Shown here piece after piece: positions 52,804-56,173 of a stretch of DNA of 56,173 nucleotides; positions within the stretch are counted from its first letter, which is position 1, and each line of letters begins with the position of its first letter. The DNA comes from an uncultured Clostridia bacterium. Its GTDB lineage: Bacteria > Bacillota > Clostridia > Christensenellales > UBA1242. A model generated the notes under the pieces. It was not told the origin of the DNA and searched no databases. It worked only from the letters and a program-made list of their open reading frames with translations. A program made the translations under genes and the position numbers. The stretch lies in NCBI GenBank assembly GCA_944383295.1, contig CALWOW010000020.1, positions 1-56,173 of the forward strand, written 5' to 3'.

Positions 52804-52930
52804 TTCAAAACACTCCTTTATCATATTTTTGCCATTAAAGGCAGTGGTAGAGTATTAAGGAATTGCACCTTAATTTTGGAAAAAGTTCAAAAACCAAAAC
52901 TAAACTTAGTACTCCATAAATAAAAATTTA

Positions 52931-53617
52931 TTATTTCATTTTTTCACGAACAAGCGAAAGAATATAATCACTTAAACTAGCAAATTTTTTATATTTCAAA
53001 ACTTGTTCTTTTATAAACTCATAAACATCAGCCGGAAAAACTATCGAAACATTAAACTTATCTTCGCAAGTTAAAGTATCTTTTTGCGGTTCTTCTATAT
53101 TGCTTTCTTCTATAACTTTATTAGGAGTAGAACCGCGCATAGTCTTTACATAATTACGAATATCTGCTCTAGTTGATTTATAATTTAATAAATTTAAACT
53201 AAACGCTTGCTTAATACTATCTAAACTAATAGGAAGCAATTCCTGTAGTTTTGATATACTATAATCTTTTAATTCCGGTATTTTAAATTTTTTGTCGCCG
53301 GCGACAAAATCTATAAACTTATTCGAAATTTGCAACAATCTATATATATACCGTTCTGATAAACCGAAAAATTTACCCAATACATCTGTAAACCGGTATT
53401 GATTTGTTATTTTTGCAACATTTACCGTACCGCTATCAATAAAAGTTGAACCTTTACAAGTCTTAAATAATAAATAAACATTACACAGTAAACCAAAATC
53501 ATCACGCAAATTACTTTTAAATATGTTTTCTAAATTTAACATATAGTTTTGTTGTTCTTTGGTTAAAGATTGATTAATACCACTAAAATAAGTATCTATA
53601 AAAAAATCACTTTCCAT
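52931..53617 (-). CDS. DUF3102-like protein with C-terminal ribbon-helix-helix-like domain
   Basis: FGLSER...R...I...F....YS.SKL.ELL pattern; C-terminal VSIVFP.DVYE.I.......SLSDYI..LVRE. Confidence 0.5.
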   Translation of the reverse strand: MESDFFIDTYFSGINQSLTKEQQNYMLNLENIFKSNLRDDFGLLCNVYLLFKTCKGSTFIDSGTVNVAKITNQYRFTDVLGKFFGLSERYIYRLLQISNKFIDFVAGDKKFKIPELKDYSISKLQELLPISLDSIKQAFSLNLLNYKSTRADIRNYVKTMRGSTPNKVIEESNIEEPQKDTLTCEDKFNVSIVFPADVYEFIKEQVLKYKKFASLSDYILSLVREKMK

Positions 53618-53738
53618 TTTGCTTTTCAAACCTTTTTATTCTCATATATTCCCATTGCTTTTCTAAATCAGGTCCAATAGTTTTCATTTTTGTTGCCGAC
53701 ATAATTTGTATATCGTTATTTACTTTCTTTTTTTCCAT
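53607..53738 (-). CDS. Small hypothetical protein (43 aa), not in the ORF track
   Basis: MEKKKVNNDIQIMS...EKQNGK*; overlaps the upstream and downstream ORFs in a coupled chain. Confidence 0.4.
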   Translation of the reverse strand: MEKKKVNNDIQIMSATKMKTIGPDLEKQWEYMRIKRFEKQNGK

Positions 53739-53832
53739 AACAAACCATATCCATATAATCTAACAACTTTTTTACTTTTGCATACTTGCTTTCTTTTAAC
53801 TCTATAACTTCACGAATTTTATTTTGTTGCAT
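53716..53832 (-). CDS. Small hypothetical protein (38 aa), not in the ORF track
   Basis: MQQNKIREVIELKESKYAKVKKLLDYMDMVCYGKKESK*; starts 1 nt after the stop of the 62-aa ORF; AGGT RBS. Confidence 0.45.
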   Translation of the reverse strand: MQQNKIREVIELKESKYAKVKKLLDYMDMVCYGKKESK

Positions 53833-53833
53833 T

Positions 53834-54022
53834 TTAAAACCTACTTTTTAATATCACTATTTGAAATTTTTCTTTACTACTTGTTTCACCCGCTTCAAGC
53901 ATTCTTATTAATTGTAATAGCATTTCTTCTTCGTCTTCTATTTGATTATGTTCGGAATTAATACTCTTATTTAATTCACTTTTAAAATTGTTTTCATTTT
54001 CTTCTTTATCTGGCTGGTTCAT
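53834..54022 (-). CDS. Small acidic hypothetical protein, first gene of the leftward operon
   Basis: AAGGGG RBS, ATG. Confidence 0.6.
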   Translation of the reverse strand: MNQPDKEENENNFKSELNKSINSEHNQIEDEEEMLLQLIRMLEAGETSSKEKFQIVILKSRF

Positions 54023-54045
54023 TTTTAAACCCCTTTTTATTGATT

Positions 54046-54178
54046 TAGATATTTTTTTTATCTACAAAAAACATTTTAGCAAAATAATTTATCTTTTGTC
54101 AAACATTTTAGATAAGTTTTTTAGATTTTTTATTTAAAATAGATAAATTATTGAAATATTACATTTTTGAATTATAAT
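54046..54178. promoter_or_regulatory. Divergent promoter/operator region (genetic switch)
   Basis: Leftward TTGACA-18-TAAAAT with extended TG (54102-54073); rightward TTGAAA-16-TATAAT (54151-54178); palindrome TAGATA-N7-TATCTA (54046-54064) and further TAGATA half-sites. Confidence 0.6.
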
Positions 54179-54195
54179 TTAATTGGAGGATAGAA

Positions 54196-54510
54196 ATGAA
54201 ATTAAAAGAATTAAGAGAACAAAAAGGATTATCCCAATATGAAATAGCACCTTTACTAAACATAAAAAGGGCAACATACGCAAATTATGAAACAGGAAAA
54301 ACACAACCAACAATAGAAATACTATGCCAAATAGCAGATTTTTACGGAGTATCACTTGATTATCTTTGTGACCACAAAACACAAGATAAACTTCAATTAG
54401 GATATTTAACAGACACACAAAAAATTGCTATTAACTTAATTTTAAAATTAAATGAAAATAACCTATTACAAACAATAGGATACTTGACTGCTCAAATTCA
54501 AAATCAATAA
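54196..54510 (+). CDS. Xre/Cro-C1 family HTH repressor
   Basis: LKELR...GLSQ.EIA..L.I.R..Y.NYETG...P......IADFYGVSLDYL. Confidence 0.92.
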   Translation: MKLKELREQKGLSQYEIAPLLNIKRATYANYETGKTQPTIEILCQIADFYGVSLDYLCDHKTQDKLQLGYLTDTQKIAINLILKLNENNLLQTIGYLTAQIQNQ

Positions 54511-54774
54511 ATATTAACATTTTTTTACATTCGTTTTATAATGCTTCTAAAATAGGAAAAATATTTTAGGAGTAAATTATGCACAACGAAGAAATCTTCA
54601 AATCTTTTTTAAAAGTTACTAGAAGAAGTAGAATCAGCAAATGAAACAATTCAAAAGGCTAACAAAATCTTAAAAGGTTACTTTGGTGGAATGTTGGAAG
54701 CCACACAAAAAGAAAAGAACAACAATAATAATGTTTATATTTTTCAAAATAATACATTAGGAGAATTAAGCAAT

Positions 54775-55755
54775 ATGAAAAATATAAGCAATAGAAAAGA
54801 TGGTCGTAAAATAATAAGAATACAAAAAGATAAAATTATTTATACAAGATACGCCAAAAACGAAAAAGAAGCAAAAACTAAAAGAAAAGAATTATTACTT
54901 GAAATAAAAAATAATCAAATTATAAAAATAAAATACAATTTTCACGAATGGTTAGATAACTGGTATATAACATATAAACAACCTTTTATAAAAGATGATA
55001 CAGCAAAAAAACTAAAAAGAATACTTGATAAAATAAAAAATGGAATAAAAAACCTAGAACTAACAAAAGTCAATACACAAATTATTCAAAATTATCTAAA
55101 CACTATACAAACAAGTCGAACAAAAGAATTTATCACATTATATTTAAATGCTTCATTGCAAAAAGCAGAAGACTTAAATATCATTACCAAAAACCCTTTT
55201 AAATCAGTTGTTAAAGACAAAAAATTAAACAATATAAGGGAAGGGTATAATTTAGAAGAACAAAAACAAATATTAAAAGCAATAAAAGGCACAGAAATAG
55301 AACCAATAATTTTAATTTATCTAGTAACGGGCATTAGAAAAAGTGAAATTGAAACAATAGATTTAGAAAAGGACCTAAATATAGAAAATAAAACTATAAG
55401 AATTTTAAGTGAAAAGAAAAGAGACAAAAAAAATCTTTACAGAGTAATTGATTTAACACAAGAAACCATAAATTTATTTATAAACAACAAAGATAAATTA
55501 AAACTTAAAAGCGATTACATTTATAGACAATTCAAAATTATACTAGACAAACTAAATATTCGTAGCGGATTACATTTGTTAAGACATACATTCGCAACAA
55601 ATCATTTTTATTTAGGTACACCATTAAAATTCATTAGCAGTTGGTTAGGGCACGAAACAATAGAATTAACACAAAATATTTATACGCATATTGATAGAAC
55701 TATAAAAAAAGAAGATATAGTTAAATTATATAATAATTTATATTATCAAATTTGA
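54775..55755 (+). CDS. Tyrosine recombinase/integrase (start uncertain; frame is open from 54613)
   Basis: N-terminal RKDGR arm-binding motif, TGIRKSE, H.LRHTFAT, LGH, IYTH. Confidence 0.95.
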   Translation: MKNISNRKDGRKIIRIQKDKIIYTRYAKNEKEAKTKRKELLLEIKNNQIIKIKYNFHEWLDNWYITYKQPFIKDDTAKKLKRILDKIKNGIKNLELTKVNTQIIQNYLNTIQTSRTKEFITLYLNASLQKAEDLNIITKNPFKSVVKDKKLNNIREGYNLEEQKQILKAIKGTEIEPIILIYLVTGIRKSEIETIDLEKDLNIENKTIRILSEKKRDKKNLYRVIDLTQETINLFINNKDKLKLKSDYIYRQFKIILDKLNIRSGLHLLRHTFATNHFYLGTPLKFISSWLGHETIELTQNIYTHIDRTIKKEDIVKLYNNLYYQI

Positions 55756-55924
55756 CACAGTTTTTGACACAGTTTTTAATCAAATAAAAAGAAAAATAAA
55801 AAAACTCAAAGTCGAATAAAAAAATTCATAAACTTTGAGTTTTTCCTTTATTTAAGCCAAAATTGAATGGTGCCGAAGACCGGACTCGAACCGGTACGGG
55901 ATTGCTCCCGAGAGATTTTAAGTC
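55715..55924. repeat. Right copy of the direct repeat; att core 55868-55924
   Basis: Matches 44708-44905; includes terminator hairpin AAAAACTCAAAGT/ACTTTGAGTTTTT. Confidence 0.95.
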
Positions 55925-55954
55925 CCTTGCGTCTGCCAATTCCGCCACTTCGGC
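55868..55954 (-). tRNA. tRNA-Leu (anticodon TAA)
   Basis: GCCGAAG acceptor pairs with CTTCGGC; GGCGGAATTGGCAGACGC D arm; loop CTTAAAA; long variable arm; GTTCGAG; encoded CCA. Confidence 0.97.
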
Positions 55955-55957
55955 ATG

Positions 55958-56032
55958 TGGAGGCGCCAACCAGATTTGAACTGGTGCATAAAGGTTTTGC
56001 AGACCTTGGCCTTACCGCTTGGCTATGGGGTC
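55958..56032 (-). tRNA. tRNA-Cys (anticodon GCA) with two acceptor-stem mismatches
   Basis: GACCCCA TA GCCAAGCGGTAAGGC C AAGGT CTGCAAA ACCTT TATGC ACCAG TTCAAAT CTGGT TGGCGCC T CCA. Confidence 0.85.
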
Positions 56033-56060
56033 AAAGTTTTCGAATGGCAGTACAAAGTTA

Positions 56061-56089
56061 ATATTAACATATAAAATTAAACTTTGCAA
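56061..56089 (-). promoter_or_regulatory. Sigma-A promoter of the tRNA-Cys/tRNA-Leu operon
   Basis: TTGCAA-17 nt-TAATAT on the minus strand. Confidence 0.65.
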
Positions 56090-56173
56090 GTATTTTACAT
56101 TAAAATTTACTTTTTATTTATATGATTTTTAAATTATAAAGGTGAAAAGCTCATTTTTTAAACAAAAAACCTA

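Larger units (their letters stand above)
44849..55924. mobile_element. Integrated rolling-circle (inovirus-like) provirus/element at tRNA-Leu, unit length 11,019 bp
   Basis: Flanking tRNA-derived direct repeats; integrase, Xre repressor, SSB-like protein, HUH Rep, Zot/pI-like ATPase, membrane proteins. Confidence 0.9.

Noticed and set aside
44849-55924. Tailed prophage or conjugative ICE
   Set aside because: No terminase, portal, capsid, tail, lysin or type IV secretion gene set is recognisable; the Rep and ATPase motifs point to a rolling-circle element
55867-56061. 64-aa ORF in the track
   Set aside because: It is the antisense reading of tRNA-Leu and tRNA-Cys

Overview
AT-rich chromosomal segment from a spore-forming Clostridia-type (Bacillota) bacterium. 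Bases 1-44.6 kb are mostly core genes: three large membrane-anchored surface proteins, rpiB, uvrBA, an intact sigK, a CIRCE-controlled hrcA-grpE-dnaK-dnaJ operon, rsmE-mtaB-HIT, a large SRP RNA, pepF, ileS (type 2), an SsuA/THI5-type ABC transporter, pgsA, spoIIGA-sigE-sigG-ylmC and rubrerythrin. The last ~11 kb (44849-55924; unit length 11,019 bp) is an element integrated in the 3' half of tRNA-Leu(TAA). It encodes a tyrosine integrase, an Xre repressor, an SSB-like protein, an HUH rolling-circle Rep with a CTTGATA nick-site hairpin and a Zot/pI-like ATPase, so it is an inovirus-like ssDNA provirus. However, it has no recognisable small major coat gene and instead carries three large membrane-anchored proteins, two with BspA-type LRRs. 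It also carries a promoter-driven ~70-nt structured RNA convergent with a basic PemK/MazF-like ORF, and recurrent hairpin+ACCA intergenic motifs. A scar of a closely related element lies just outside its left end. All calls are from motif reading only; no database searches were run.
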